DNA from: Dendrobates tinctorius
Taxonomy: Eukaryota
NCBI RefSeq assembly: GCF_039654945.1
Contig: NW_027361709.1
Span: 7,564,001-7,628,000 of the forward strand
DNA: 64,000 bases
Reading direction: 5' to 3'
Part shown: in pieces, positions 50,170 through 61,936 of the stretch
Numbering within the stretch: the first letter of the stretch is position 1
How the letters are laid out: each line of letters starts with the position of its first letter
Program-made: the position numbers and the translations under genes
The notes under the pieces: model-generated
What the model was told of the DNA's origin: nothing
What the model saw: the letters and a program-made list of their open reading frames with translations, nothing else
The model's database searches: none

Positions 50170-50228
50170 CATTGCCTCCTGGACTGATCTCTGCAGCCTT
50201 GCCACATGCTGTAGATCATCTTCATGCA
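50170..50228 (-). CDS. dalrd3: DALRD3 exon 4 (VHEDDLQHVARLQRSVQEAM)
   Basis: tatgtag acceptor, gtaagt donor, phase 1-0 fits both neighbours. Confidence 0.85.
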
Positions 50229-50582
50229 CTACATAAGGAAAATATTGTGTGAGGGGGTTTGACAGTGAGACATACTGGATTGTAAGAGATTATATATGTG
50301 TGTGCGTATATTATATATATTTATTACACACATAATGGTGCTTATTACGTTGATGGTTGTGGTTGCAGTACTCTATACGACCAGCAGATGTCACAGCGGC
50401 ATAAAGTTCAATATGGACTGAACTAAATAGGGAGACAGCTACTGGTAGTGCCCGGTACTGCAATCACAGCTAAAAAAAAAACCAAAACATTATTGTTCTA
50501 TTAGGTGATAAAGCAATATAGAGCACATTTTAATAAAGTGATGAAGTCCCGCTTATGAATCTCTAATGTGATTCTGGTTTAC

Positions 50583-50848
50583 CAATAAAGAAGTCTAGAT
50601 TCGGGTCATATCCTTGCAGGCATACGTTGTGCTTATCTGCAAAGGTTTTGAGTTGCACACTGAGTACACCAGGTGTAGAGTCCACAGGTCTACTATCTTG
50701 GATATAGTCTCTTAAGAAGTCCTTAAAACTTGAAACAGTGTCTTCCAGAGATGCTGCATCGTCTGGACAAGGCCAGGAGATCCCCAGTTGTCTCAGGAAT
50801 TCATCCACCTCCTTACAGAGCCTGGCGGGGACCAGGGATACTTGTTTT
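50583..50848 (-). CDS. dalrd3: DALRD3 exon 3 (KQVSLVPARLCKEVDEFLRQLGISWP...YDPNLDFFI)
   Basis: ctttag acceptor, gtaaac donor, phase 2-1; conserved YDPNLD. Confidence 0.92.
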
Positions 50849-50951
50849 CTAAAGAAGCAAAAATAAATAAATAAAAATGCAGGTTATGAGCTCCTGCAGG
50901 TGGAAAACCAGTGCTGACTTTAGCTCTAGATGTGAATGGAGTATAACTGAC

Positions 50952-51256
50952 CCCTTTAAGGTGAGGACCTTAGCCAGGTGATCGGCTACTAGAACAGCTC
51001 TCAGGTGGCTCAGTCGCAGTGTGTCCAGGCTCCTACAGCCGTGCAGCGGAGCGCAGTTCAGGATGACAATGTCCTGTCCATCATCTACAGAGGGAAGAGG
51101 TTTCAGATATGGAGAGAAGTCTTGGAGAACGCGACGGAAAACTGCAGGTCTGTCCAACTGAACGATGAGCCCGGCCTCAGACTGCAGACAAGTCTTCACC
51201 GGTGGGAGACCCGGGGCGGCCAGAGATGTCAGCGTCTGTACAAGATCCGCAGGCAC
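50952..51256 (-). CDS. dalrd3: DALRD3 exon 2 (VPADLVQTL...LRLSHLRAVLVADHLAKVLTLKG)
   Basis: ttccag acceptor, gtcagt donor; conserved LRAVLVADHLA. Confidence 0.95.
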
Positions 51257-51344
51257 CTGGAAAATCCAAGAAACTAAGTAACGGACAAGTCTCATTACAA
51301 GGACTGCCACTACAAGCGCAGATACACAGCACTGCATGCCATGG

Positions 51345-52372
51345 GCTTATATACACACACGATAGGCTTAGATACACTGGAGCAGCATTATATAGGATAG
51401 GCTTAGATACAATGGCACAGCTGTATCCTAGGATAGGCTTAGATACATTAGTGCTGCGGTATGATATAGGATAGGCTTAGATACACTGGTGCAGCAGTAT
51501 CACAAAGGATTAGATACACTGTTGAAGCAGTATCAGGTTAGGCTTAGATACACTGGTGCGGCGGTATCATAGGATAATCTTAGATACACTGGTGCAGCGG
51601 TATCATAGGATAATCTTAGATACACTGGCACAGCAGTATCATATGATAAGCTTAGATACGCTGGTGCAGCGGTATATATAAGCTTAGATACACTGGTGCA
51701 GCGGTGTCATAGGATAAGCTTAGATACACTGGCACAGCGGTGTCATATGATAGGATTAGATACACTGGCACAGCGGTGTCATATGATAGGATTAGATACA
51801 CTGGCACAGTGGCATCATATAAGATAGGCTTAGATACACTGGCACAGCGGTATCATATAGGATAGGATTAGATACACTGGTGCAGCGGTATCATAGGATT
51901 AGATACACTGGCGCAGCGGTATCATAGGATAGGATTAGGTACACTGGCGCAGCGGTATCATAGGATAGGATTAGATACATTGGCGCAGCAGTATCATAGG
52001 ATAGGATTAGATACACTGGCGCAGCGGTATCATAGGATAGGATTAGATACACTGGAGCAGCGGTATCATAGGATAGGATTAGATACACTGGCGCAGCGGT
52101 ATCATAGGATAGGATTAGATACATTGGCGCAGCGGTATCATAGGATAGGATTAGATACACTGGCGCAGCGGTATCATAGGATAGGATTAGATACACTGGC
52201 GCAGCGTTATCATAGGATAGGATTAGATACACTGGCGCAGCGTTATCATAGGATAGGATTAGATACACTGGCGCAGCGGTATCACATAGGATTAGATACA
52301 CTGGCGCAGCGGTATCACATAGGATAGGATTAGATACACTAGCGCAGCGGTATCACTTATGCTGGGTTTAGA
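51345..52372. repeat. 36-bp minisatellite in DALRD3 intron 1
   Basis: Unit ATAGGATAGGATTAGATACACTGGCGCAGCGGTATC; shares the GTGTATCTAATCCT core with the 41-bp array at 32370-33195. Confidence 0.95.
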
Positions 52373-52657
52373 TGTAAGGTCTCCCTCTCCATGGTGGGAT
52401 TAGATGCACCGGCAGACTCAGCAGACAACACAACACATTACAATAAGGTGGAGACAGATCTGGTCAGGTTCCTACAATCTCATGAAGTCTTTCCCCTCCA
52501 CAGAAGTTAGTTTTAAATTCCAAAACGTTTAACGACTTTCAGTGCAAAGTGCAACTCTGATCACACAAACATGGCCTCCTGTGACACTGACATCCATCTG
52601 CATTCACCAGCAACTGAACAGCTGATCGCAGCCCTGTGACCCGCGCCCTGCACGCAC

Positions 52658-52846
52658 CTCTCCATCCGGGAAGCTTTTCTTCAGCGCTCCCCTGGGTACT
52701 AAGAAGTCTCTGCTCCTCAGGTTCTTCTGGCTGCTTTCTTTGAACCATACAGTGGGGGGCGCACAGGAGCCCAGCAGCGCGTGTCCCAGGATCCGCAGGG
52801 CCTCCGATACCCACACTGCTCCGGAACCGCAGGGCTCAGCCTCCAT
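52658..52846 (-). CDS. dalrd3: DALRD3 exon 1 (MEAEPCGSG...VWFKESSQKNLRSRDFLVPRGALKKSFPDGE)
   Basis: Kozak GCCATGG; resembles human VWIKETRTRHLRSRDFLAP; donor gtgcgt. The 13 exons sum to 1629 nt (542 aa plus stop). Confidence 0.93.
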
Positions 52847-52929
52847 GGCGGAATGAAAGACAGCGGAACCTTTCTTGTCTTAGCAATTTGTAAGACGGAA
52901 CAAAATATCTGTAGAACCAAAGGCCTGTG

Positions 52930-53045
52930 GCAGGATGTGACGTCAGTAGATAGGCTGCTGTTTAAGAAGCCATTTTGGTTGTGGCATTTTTTTTTTACTA
53001 TCAAATCTGTTGTAGACATTTGGACTCCACAGTGCGCATGTCAGC
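52930..53045. promoter_or_regulatory. DALRD3 promoter, possibly bidirectional
   Basis: CRE TGACGTCA at 52938-52945, YY1-like GCCATTTT near 52970, NRF1-like TGCGCATG near 53033. Confidence 0.5.
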
Positions 53046-53050
53046 CAGAG

Positions 53051-53099
53051 ATGGTGCAGAAAGAATACAACAACAACAACAAGCCCATGTGGCATACAG
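53051..53099 (+). CDS. Candidate first coding exon of a divergent gene (MVQKEYNNNNKPMWHT)
   Basis: GAGATGG Kozak and CAG|gtagga donor, about 200 bp from the DALRD3 ATG; no convincing downstream exon found. Confidence 0.3.
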
Positions 53100-53769
53100 G
53101 TAGGACTAGAGTAACTTTCTATTACCTGTATGCCTATATTGATAGGTCATATACCTCCCAGGGGGTGACTGGTTCCCTTTAAGAATAAAGGGGACTCAGC
53201 TGTTCTGTCAGTTCTCATTTTATTTTCTCTACAGCGCCACCCTTGCCACAGGCTGTGCAGGGAACTGCAGCATGGCCACAGACTAGTGAATAAAGTTAAA
53301 TTTCATAAAATAAGAACACCAGCGCTTCCCCAACAAAAAAGGTTCTAATCTGTAAAACAAAGCCGCACCGGCTAAAGGCACAATCTGCCTCTGTGCTTGT
53401 GATAGTGTAAGAATGCAAAAACTTGTATCGCTTCGCGCATTGGAACCGATATGAATCTAGGTCAAAATTACAAAACTGAACTAGAGATATGTGGCAATAA
53501 CAATCCTGCTCCACTTTGAAGATGAGATTTATTAGTATGCAGTAAATGTCTTGAATTCAATGGTGGTAGGAGGTGATCACTAGGTCCCATCGCCTCCCCA
53601 AAAACTATAATAAGATCAGAAAGTCATATGGACCCCAAAATGGCGATGACAAAAACAGCTCATCCCGGAAAACAATATATCCTGATACAAGTATTGACTA
53701 AAAAAAGGAAAAGTTATAGATCTTTGATGGTGAGGTGGAAAAAGCAAACAGAAGAGGAGCCCACTGGGA

Positions 53770-55126
53770 CGCTCACACAAGGGCCACATAGCCCCGGAGC
53801 CGGCCCTGCTCTCACCCAAGGATCACATAACCCTGGAGCCGGCCCTGCTCTCAGCCAAGGGCCACATAGCCCTGGAGCCGGACCTGCTCTCACCCAAGGG
53901 CCACATATCCCTGGAGCCGGCCCTGCTCTCAGCCAAGGGCCACATATCCCTGGAGCCGGCCCTGCTCTCAGCCAAGGGCCACATATCCCTGGAGCCGGCC
54001 CTGCTCTCAGCCAAGGGCCACATATCCCTGGAGCCGGCCCTGCTCTCAGCCAAGGGCCACATATCCCTGGAGCCGGCCCTGCTCTCAGCCAAGGGCCACA
54101 TATCCCTGGAGCCGGCCCTGCTCTCAGCCAAGGGCCACATATCCCTGGAGCCGGCCCTGCTCTCACCCAAGGGCCACATATCCCTGGAGCCGGCCCTGCT
54201 CTCACACAAGGACCACATAACCCTGGAGCCGGCCCTGCTCTCAGCCAAGGGCCACATAACCCTGGAGCCGGCCCTGCTCTCAGCCAAGGGCCACATAACC
54301 CTGGAGCCGGCCCTGCTCTCAGCCAAGGGCCACATAACCCTGGAGCCGGCCCTGCTCTCAGCCAAGGGCCACATAACCCTGGAGCCGGCCCTGCTCTCAG
54401 CCAAGGGCCACATAACCCTGGAGCCGGCCCTGCTCTCAGCCAAGGGCCACATAACCCTGGAGCCGGCCCTGCTCTCAGCCAAGGGCCACATAACCCTGGA
54501 GCCGGCCCTGCTCTCAGCCAAGGGCCACATATCCCTGGAGCCGGCCCTGCTCTCACCCAAGGGCCACATATCCCTGGAGCCGGCCCTGCTCTCACCCAAG
54601 GGCCACATAACCCTGGAGCCGGCCCTGCTCTCACACAAGGGCCACATAGCCCCGGAGCCGGACTTGCTCTCAGCCAAGGGCCACATAGCCCCGGAGCCGG
54701 CCTTACTCTCAGCCAAGGGCCACATAGCCCCGGAGCCGGCCCTGCTCTCACCCAAGGGCCACATAACCCCGGAGCCGGCCCTGCTCTCACCCAAGGGCCA
54801 CATAACCCTGGAGCCGGCCCTGCTCTCAGCCAAGCGCCACATAGCCCCGGAGCCGGCCCTGCCCTCACACAAGGGCCACATAGCCCCGGAGCCGGCCCTG
54901 CTCTCACACAAGGGCCACATTGCCCTGGAGCCGGCCCTGCTCTCACACAAGGACCACATAGCCCCGGAGCCGGCCCTGCTCTCACACAAGGGCCACATAG
55001 CCCCGGAGCCGGCCCTGCTCTCACACAAGGGCCACATTGCCCTGGAGCCGGCCCTGCTCTCACACAAGGACCACATAGCCCCGGAGCCGGCCCTGCTCTC
55101 ACACAAGGGCCACATAGCCCTGGAGC
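53770..55126. repeat. 39-bp GC-rich minisatellite, about 35 copies
   Basis: Unit CTCTCAGCCAAGGGCCACAT(AT/AA/AG)CCCTGGAGCCGGCCCTG. Confidence 0.97.
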
Positions 55127-56710
55127 GGTCTTTGTTTAAGAAGTGGATAATGCATCATGCCTCAAAAATAACTAGGGGCTGAGCAAATCCTCCCCATCCC
55201 TCGGATAAACCCCCTACGTTTCATACATAGCGTTTCCAATTCAATATCTCAATAGCACAAGGAGTGGCAATAATAGCGAATTGATTCACTTGGTCGGCCA
55301 CCTTATTTTCACAATCAGTGGGGTCAAATTTAGTGGGACCCCTCCAATCAGACATTCATGGGGTATACTAATGTAAGCAGCCTTTCTGTATGCTAATGAT
55401 TTCTTCCAGGCTCTGAGGCGTGCAGTGCCTGGAAGAAATCCCTGCCTCCTGTCTTCATTGTAATACTAACCCTGTCCCATGCATGGCAGTTATGGTGCCA
55501 GAATCCCACACCTGCACTCCCTCAAAAATCCATACCTCTTCCTCCCTTTTTTTGGGCTCTTCATTCATTGATCTCTTGTGCAGGCGGCTTCCACTCCATT
55601 GACCTCTGGTGTGTGCGCCAATAAGTTCCTCTCCCCACTTCCTCCCTGCATAGTCATCGCATCGTACACATGGTTCCTAGCGATGGCTATAGGTCATATA
55701 TTTTCGGGGGGGGGGGGACAGATTCCCTTTAAGATCAGGTTTCCCATATTCCACAATTGCTAGTAAAAAAGTTCTCTCTACAGTTTTATGCAATCAGTCA
55801 TTGCTCTAGACTCTAGAGCAAGTGATTACCAATATTGGAGGGACTTTTACCACCTGCTCACAAATATAGAAAATTCCCCTCCAGTTATATATTCTATTTT
55901 TTTTTAATCAAATTTAGCAGTTTAGTTTAGAGAATGTTATGCTGTTTGCTCACACGTTTAATTTCACAGAGATATTTTTTTGAATTGTTGGCACCTACTG
56001 TATATTAACGTTTATCAGCGTATATCATCTGCTCACATGTGAGGTTATGTGGGGACAGAATGCAAATACGTCTTCACCTTAGGGCTTGTGCACACAGTTG
56101 AGAAGTACGAAGATGTAAAATGTTCATGTGCAGCCAAATAGATCACAAGGAAGTCACAGTCTCTCGTGATTTACATTGCACGGTTTGAGGCAGACCCGCA
56201 ACCAAAGATCCATCAGATTTACATTATTGCTGACAGATTCGTTATGATCTTATATGTTTCCTGCCACATTCAATAGTTGCAAAGTCGCAGTGCAACATTA
56301 CAGTCGTCAAGTCTCTTTATAGCTCCTGTCTTAAATGGTAATTCCCAAGTTAGTAATTTATTTATCCCTTATGCATAGATTCGAGGATAACTTACTGTTC
56401 ACCGGATCTGAATGCAATTAGTGGAAACCTCCATCAATTTTGATAATGGAAACATAAAACCTGGGAACCGGATTGTGCAGAACTCTGTCTTGAATGGAGC
56501 AGAGGTTCGCATGCTCAACGGTCTCATCGACCGTGCCATTAACAATGAATGGAGCGGAGATTGGACATGTCTGCCCCATTATAGTGGGAATGCTCAGTTC
56601 CAGAACCATACTTTTGGGAATGCAGCAGGATCCCCAGTGATAAGTAAGTTCCCTCCGATCATATGGATAAGAGATAACGTGCTATCTTGGGAATTAAGCC
56701 CTGATCACCG

Positions 56711-57270
56711 ATAATAATAATAATCTTTATTTATATAGCGCCAACATATTCCGCAGCGCTTTACAGTTTAACAGTTTCAAAACACAAGTCATAAGTAACA
56801 ACGTTAACAATACAACAAATAAAGTAAAATAAGACGAAATAAGCCGCCCCTGCTGCTGAGAGCTTACAATCTACAATGAGGTGGGGGAGATACAGAGTAC
56901 AGGGGTGTATTTACAATGATGTATTTACAATGAAGGTCCAGCCATCTCGAAGGAGTGGGGGATAGAGATAGTGAATGGGCTACACACTACACTTACACAT
57001 AGAATGACTTTGATTAGTGAACGTGATAGGCTGCTCTGAACAGATGTGTTTTGAGAGAGCGCCTAAAACTATGCAAATTGTGGATAGTCCTAATTTCTTG
57101 GGGTAGAGCATTCCAGAGGATTGGCGCAGCGCAGGAGAAGTCTTGGAGTCGGGAGTGGGAGGTGCGGATTAGTGCAGAGGTTAGTCAAAAGTCTTTTTTG
57201 CAGACTGCAGCGGTCGGCTAGGCTGCTAGACAGAAATGAGGGAGGAGATGTAGAGGGGGGGCTGCATGGA
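56711..57270 (-). mobile_element. L2/CR1-clade LINE 3' fragment
   Basis: (ATT)n tail and terminal TGTAAAGCGCTGCGGAATATGTTGGCGCTATATAAATAAAG; degenerate L2-type C-terminal coding sequence (RLQDFSCAAPILWNALP). Confidence 0.8.
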
Positions 57271-57567
57271 TAATGTTGGCTCCTAATAAAAGACAATGTG
57301 TTTAACCTTATTCACATCTGTCAGATCATATTGAATTTGTTTTTACTCTTGGCTGTGAGCAGTGATCTCTCAGCACAGGACTGTGATTTAAGAATACGTT
57401 CACACAGAGGTTTTTACACGGGAAACACCAATAAACAAATTTTCCACGGAATCTGCTGCTGAAATCAGTGGCCTGCACTTTCTGCCATGGATTTGCAGAT
57501 TGATCTACTCTGGGTTGTTTTTTTTAATAACACTGTAGTATTGCTGATGATCTGTTGAGCAGAATAA

Positions 57568-58023
57568 GGCTAGTTTCACATTAGTGTTTTTTTGCGCAGC
57601 GCATCGTGCGCGTACATGCGCATGCGCTATGCGCCCCTATGTTTAACATAGGTGCGCATGGTCTAGCGTTTGTACGCGTTTTTGTGCGCATGCGTTTTTT
57701 GCAGTGTGCGCCTATGCGCGCCAGACGCACCCTGTTGCATTTTTTGTGTGCCCAACCTGTGTCAAAAAAACGCATGCGCACAAAAGCGCACGGAATGCAC
57801 AAAAAAAACACATTACAGTCTATGGCAACGCTGGCGTGTGCATAGACATGCGCACGTCAGCGTTACAAATCGCATGCGTTTTAAGAGGTCACATGGCAAG
57901 AAACTGGTTAAAACGCATGCGCATAAAATAAGCAAGCGCATGCAAAACGCTAGATGCGTTTTTTGTATGCGTTTGGACTGCGCACGATGCGCTGCGCAAA
58001 AAAACGCTAATGTGAAACTAGCC
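57568..58023. mobile_element. PIF/Harbinger MITE
   Basis: TAA TSD; long TIRs GGCTAGTTTCACATTAG...CTAATGTGAAACTAGCC; internal TGCGCATGCG repeats. Confidence 0.9.
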
Positions 58024-58606
58024 TAAGCCCTGGGCAAGTAATGGGCCAATGCAACTGGGGCACTTATTCAGCCAAGTGCACACTGCATGTATGGGGTTGT
58101 GCTCTGGGGCTCAGCCTGCTCCATACAGCACCGGTGCTGCCTGGGTTGTACAGATGGCACCTGAGTCTAAGTTCTATGCATCAGCGCTAGCTCTCATTGC
58201 ATCAGTTTAACCCTTTAGATGATGACAGCAGCATTTAAGATGTTGGAGTTCTGATGACATTGACATGGCAGCCATAGGCCAACTGAAGCCCCTATGTCTG
58301 ACTGTCTGACCCGTCTCCCATAACGTCAATAAAAAGAACTTATTTGGTATCATCGCATGCATAACTGTCCAATCTAATATTTATCCTATACAGTGAAATT
58401 CAAAACAGAATTAAAAAAAAAAATCGAAGTGGCAGAATTGCTTTTTTTTGTCAGTTTGACTCCCCAAAAAATGAATGATTGGAGATCAGAAAGTCGTATG
58501 GACCCCAAAAGGGTAATGAAAACAAATACAGGTTGTACTGCAAAAAAACAAACCCTAATACAACTCTACTGACCAAAAATAAAAGTGCTATAGTTCTAGG
58601 GAAACA

Positions 58607-58911
58607 AGAGAAAACAAAAAGCAAAAAACACAAATATCCTGAACTAAAAGTAAAAAATATACTGCAAATAATGCATAAAGGTAATAATAATAATAAGGGT
58701 ATTTAGTAAACATAATTTTGATCAAAATAATGAACAAGCCATCCCGCCACGTCACGGCAACCGTGACGTGGCGGGATGGCTTGTTCATTATTTTGATCAA
58801 AATTATGTTTACTAAATACCCTTATTATTATTATTACCTTTATGCATTATTTGCAGTATATTTTTTACTTTTAGTTCAGGATATTTGTGTTTTTTGCTTT
58901 TTGTTTTCTCT
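58607..58911. repeat. Perfect palindrome, 151-bp arms with 3-nt loop (CAA)
   Basis: 58607-58757 is the reverse complement of 58761-58911; no mismatch seen by eye. Confidence 0.93.
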
Positions 58912-59190
58912 GGTTAATGGTCATGTGTTAATATGCACTTACATTGTGCATACACATTAACTTACTTTTCTCAGTTCAGATTTGTTTTGTATTCATTTCA
59001 TTGTGCATTCAGTGCATATATGGGTGTGACCGCCCTCTTTCTGAGCTGGGAAAGCCATCCAGTCTGGCCTAAGCTGTTACAAGTGGTTCAGCCGCTCGAC
59101 CCTTATTCACATTCACGCCACTTGGCAAGTGAAAAGGTTTTAAATACTAGAGTAGGGACTGAGTAGGAAAAATTAAAGAGAAGAGAGCCC

Positions 59191-59318
59191 NNNNNNNNNN
59201 NNNNNNNNNNNNNNNNNNNNNNNNNNNNNNNNNNNNNNNNNNNNNNNNNNNNNNNNNNNNNNNNNNNNNNNNNNNNNNNNNNNNNNNNNNNNNNNNNNNN
59301 NNNNNNNNNNNNNNNNNN
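59191..59318. other. Assembly gap (128 N)
   Basis: Run of N. Confidence 0.99.
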
Positions 59319-60228
59319 TGACACACCTCATTCAAAGAGTTTTCTTTATTTTCATGACTATGAAAATTGTAGATTCACTCTGAAGGCATCAATACTATGA
59401 ATTAACACATGTGGAATTATATCATTAACAAAAAAGTGTGAAACAACTGAAAATATGTCTTATATTCTAGATTCTTCAAAGTAGCCACCTTTTACTTTGA
59501 TTGCTGCTTTGCACACTCTTGGCATTCTCTTGATGAGCTTCAAGAGGTAGTCACCGGAAATGGTCTTCCAACAGTCTTGAAGGAGTTCCCAGAGATGCTT
59601 AGCACTTGTTGGCCCTTTTACCTTCACTCTGCGGTCCAGCTCAGCCCTAACCATCTTGATTGAGTTCAGGTCTGGTGACTGTGGAGGCCAGGTCATCTGG
59701 CGTAGCACCCCATCACTCTCCTTCTTGGTCAAATAGCCCTTACACAGCAGACCAAAGCACAGATTTCCAATGGTCTAATGTCCATTTCTTGTGTTCCTTA
59801 ACCAGAACAAGTCTCTTCTGCTTGTGGCCTGTCCTTAGCAGTGGTTTCCTAGCAGCTATTTTACCATGAAGGCCTGCTGCACAAAGTCTCTTCTTAACAG
59901 TTGTTGTAGAGATGTGTCTGCTGCTAAAACTCTGTGTGGCATTGACCTGGTCTCTAATCTGAGCTGCTGTTAACCTGCGTTTTCTGAGGCTGGTGACTCT
60001 GATGAACTTATCCTCCGCAGCAGAGGTGACTCTTGGTCTTCCTTTCCTGGGGCCGTCCTCATGTGAGCCAGTTTCTTTGTTGCGCTTGATAGTTTTTGCC
60101 AATGCACTTGGGGACACTTTCAAAGTTTTCCCAATTTTTCGGGCTGACTAACCTTCATTTGTTAAAGTAATGATGGCCACTCGTTTTTCTTTACTTAGCT
60201 GCTTTTTTCTTGCCATAATACAAATTCT
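59319..60228 (-). mobile_element. Internally deleted Tc1 (transposase remnant plus 3' TIR), left arm of the large palindrome
   Basis: ORFs 59740-60123 (HTH, AARKPLL, WKSVLWS) and 59460-59732 (WPPQSPDLN); the middle of the DDE domain is missing. Confidence 0.92.
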
Positions 60229-60626
60229 AGAATAATTAAGGTTCACCGCACACTCTGGTGGATTATCTTTCAAAAGTAGCTTAAATTTTATTTTGCAAGT
60301 AGTAAGGGATCAAATCAGAATAATGCAGTGGAAGCGATAACAAAATAATGTTTCAGCTCCACCGGAGCATTTGTCACAAATCGCTGAAAAATAAAAGAAA
60401 AATATCAAGATACATCGCAGGAATTAAACAGACGAAGGATAACACAATGAAAAAATAAAAATAACATCCCAAAATATTAAAGCCATATACCAAACATAAA
60501 GATACAAAAAAACAGCAAGATGGCAAGACATAAAAACATCAGTAATGACTGGCAATAGATGGGTAACTCATAGGTATATAAAAAGAACACAGTTACCGTA
60601 GGCCTGTTAATACCATCAATGTGTAA

Positions 60627-61002
60627 AGGTACTGTCACACTAAGCGATATCGCTAGCAATATCGCTATAACTTGTGACGTTATAGCGATATTGCTAGCGA
60701 CATCGCTGTGTTTGATACTTACCTCTGACCGCTCCCCCGCTGGTTATCGCTGATCGCGCGAGAACGTTCAGGACTGCTTCTCGTCGTCAGCTTCCTGCGG
60801 CGCTTCCTGTGCAGAAACGAGCGTTGAGCCGGGCGGGAGGACGCAGGATCGCCTAGTGTGACAGGTAAGTAGCGATCCCCGTCCCCAGCGATGTCGCTGG
60901 TGAGATCTGCCTGTGTGGCAGCTCACTAGCGACCACTTAGCGATGTACCAGCGATCCTGACCGCGTCATATCGCTGGTACATCGCTAAGTGTGACAGTAC
61001 CT
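60627..61002. mobile_element. PIF/Harbinger MITE inside the palindrome core
   Basis: TIR AGGTACTGTCACACT / AGTGTGACAGTACCT; TAA/TTA flanks; the empty site is visible in the mirror copy near 61450-61465. Confidence 0.85.
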
Positions 61003-61780
61003 TTAGAAAAGAGGAGGGGAGGGAGGATAAGACCTAAGATACCGATATACAATGAATCTCCCTGTGAGGAGTAGGTAAACATGAGGACGCTTGGTAAGTT
61101 ATGAATGGTATGGCTGGAGAGTGGCGCTAGCCCTCAGGTTGGGGGAGGTCATTACCTTAGGTAGTAAATAGATGCAGCAGTGCTCAGCTGTTGTGCCGGC
61201 TGCTGCTGTATGCTCAATGGGAGCTTTTCTAGTGTCGGATGGACACAGCCAGACAGGAAGTCAGTGAGATAAACCGGATGTGACATAGTGCTAATCCTAG
61301 ATGTGTACTGCGCATGTGTTCCCGATGTTAGGGTCGCTCTGAGCATGGCAACCTATCCATATAATGGCAGAAGCGGCCAGATAGTATGTCTACTAAAGCA
61401 CTCATATTTAAAAGGGACATAAGGTATCTTATGTCTCATCCTCCCTCCCCTTTTCTAACACATTGATGGTATTAACAATGTCAGCATTCCGTGCAGCCTC
61501 TGCTGGGCACTACATGGATTCTTATCCTTTCACCCTGCATCCTTTCTGTTTATGGCATGTGATTAAGGTAACTGTGTTCTTTTTATATACCTATGAGTTA
61601 CCCATCTATTGCCAGTCATTACTGATGTTTTTATGTCTTGCCATCTTGCTGTTTTTTTGTATCTTTATGTTTGGTATATGGCTTTAATATTTTGGGATGT
61701 TATTTTTATTTTTTCATTGTGTTATCCTTTGTCTGTTTAATTCCTGCGATGTATCTTGATATTTTTCTTTTATTTTTCAG

Positions 61781-61820
61781 CGATTTGTGACAAAGGCTCC
61801 GGTGGAGCCGAAACATTATT
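61781..61820 (+). ncRNA. Variant hammerhead-like motif (GUGACAAA-stem II-GAAAC)
   Basis: GTGACAAA-GGCTCC-GGT-GGAGCC-GAAAC-ATT; mutated mirror copy near 60345-60385. The first box is non-canonical and activity is unknown. Confidence 0.4.
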
Positions 61821-61936
61821 TTGTTATCGCTTCCACTGCATTATTCTGATTTGATCCCTTACTACTTGCAAAATAAAATTTAAGCTACTTTTGAAAGATA
61901 ATCCACCAGAGTGTGCGGTGAACCTTAATTATTCTA

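Noticed and set aside
50423-50470. Strong minus-strand acceptor (T-run plus AG near 50470) as an extra DALRD3 exon
   Set aside because: In-frame TAG after about 15 codons; exon 50170-50228 fits phase and homology instead.
53628-55139. 503-aa ORF of QGPHxPGAGPALS repeats (collagen- or mucin-like)
   Set aside because: 39-bp minisatellite open in several frames on both strands; the ATG region resembles repeat sequence also seen near 58490-58520; no splice or polyA support.
52850-59190. miR-191/miR-425 cluster and NDUFAF3, expected upstream of DALRD3 from human synteny
   Set aside because: I could not find the mature miRNA sequences or NDUFAF3-like coding sequence on either strand by eye; they may lie beyond the window.
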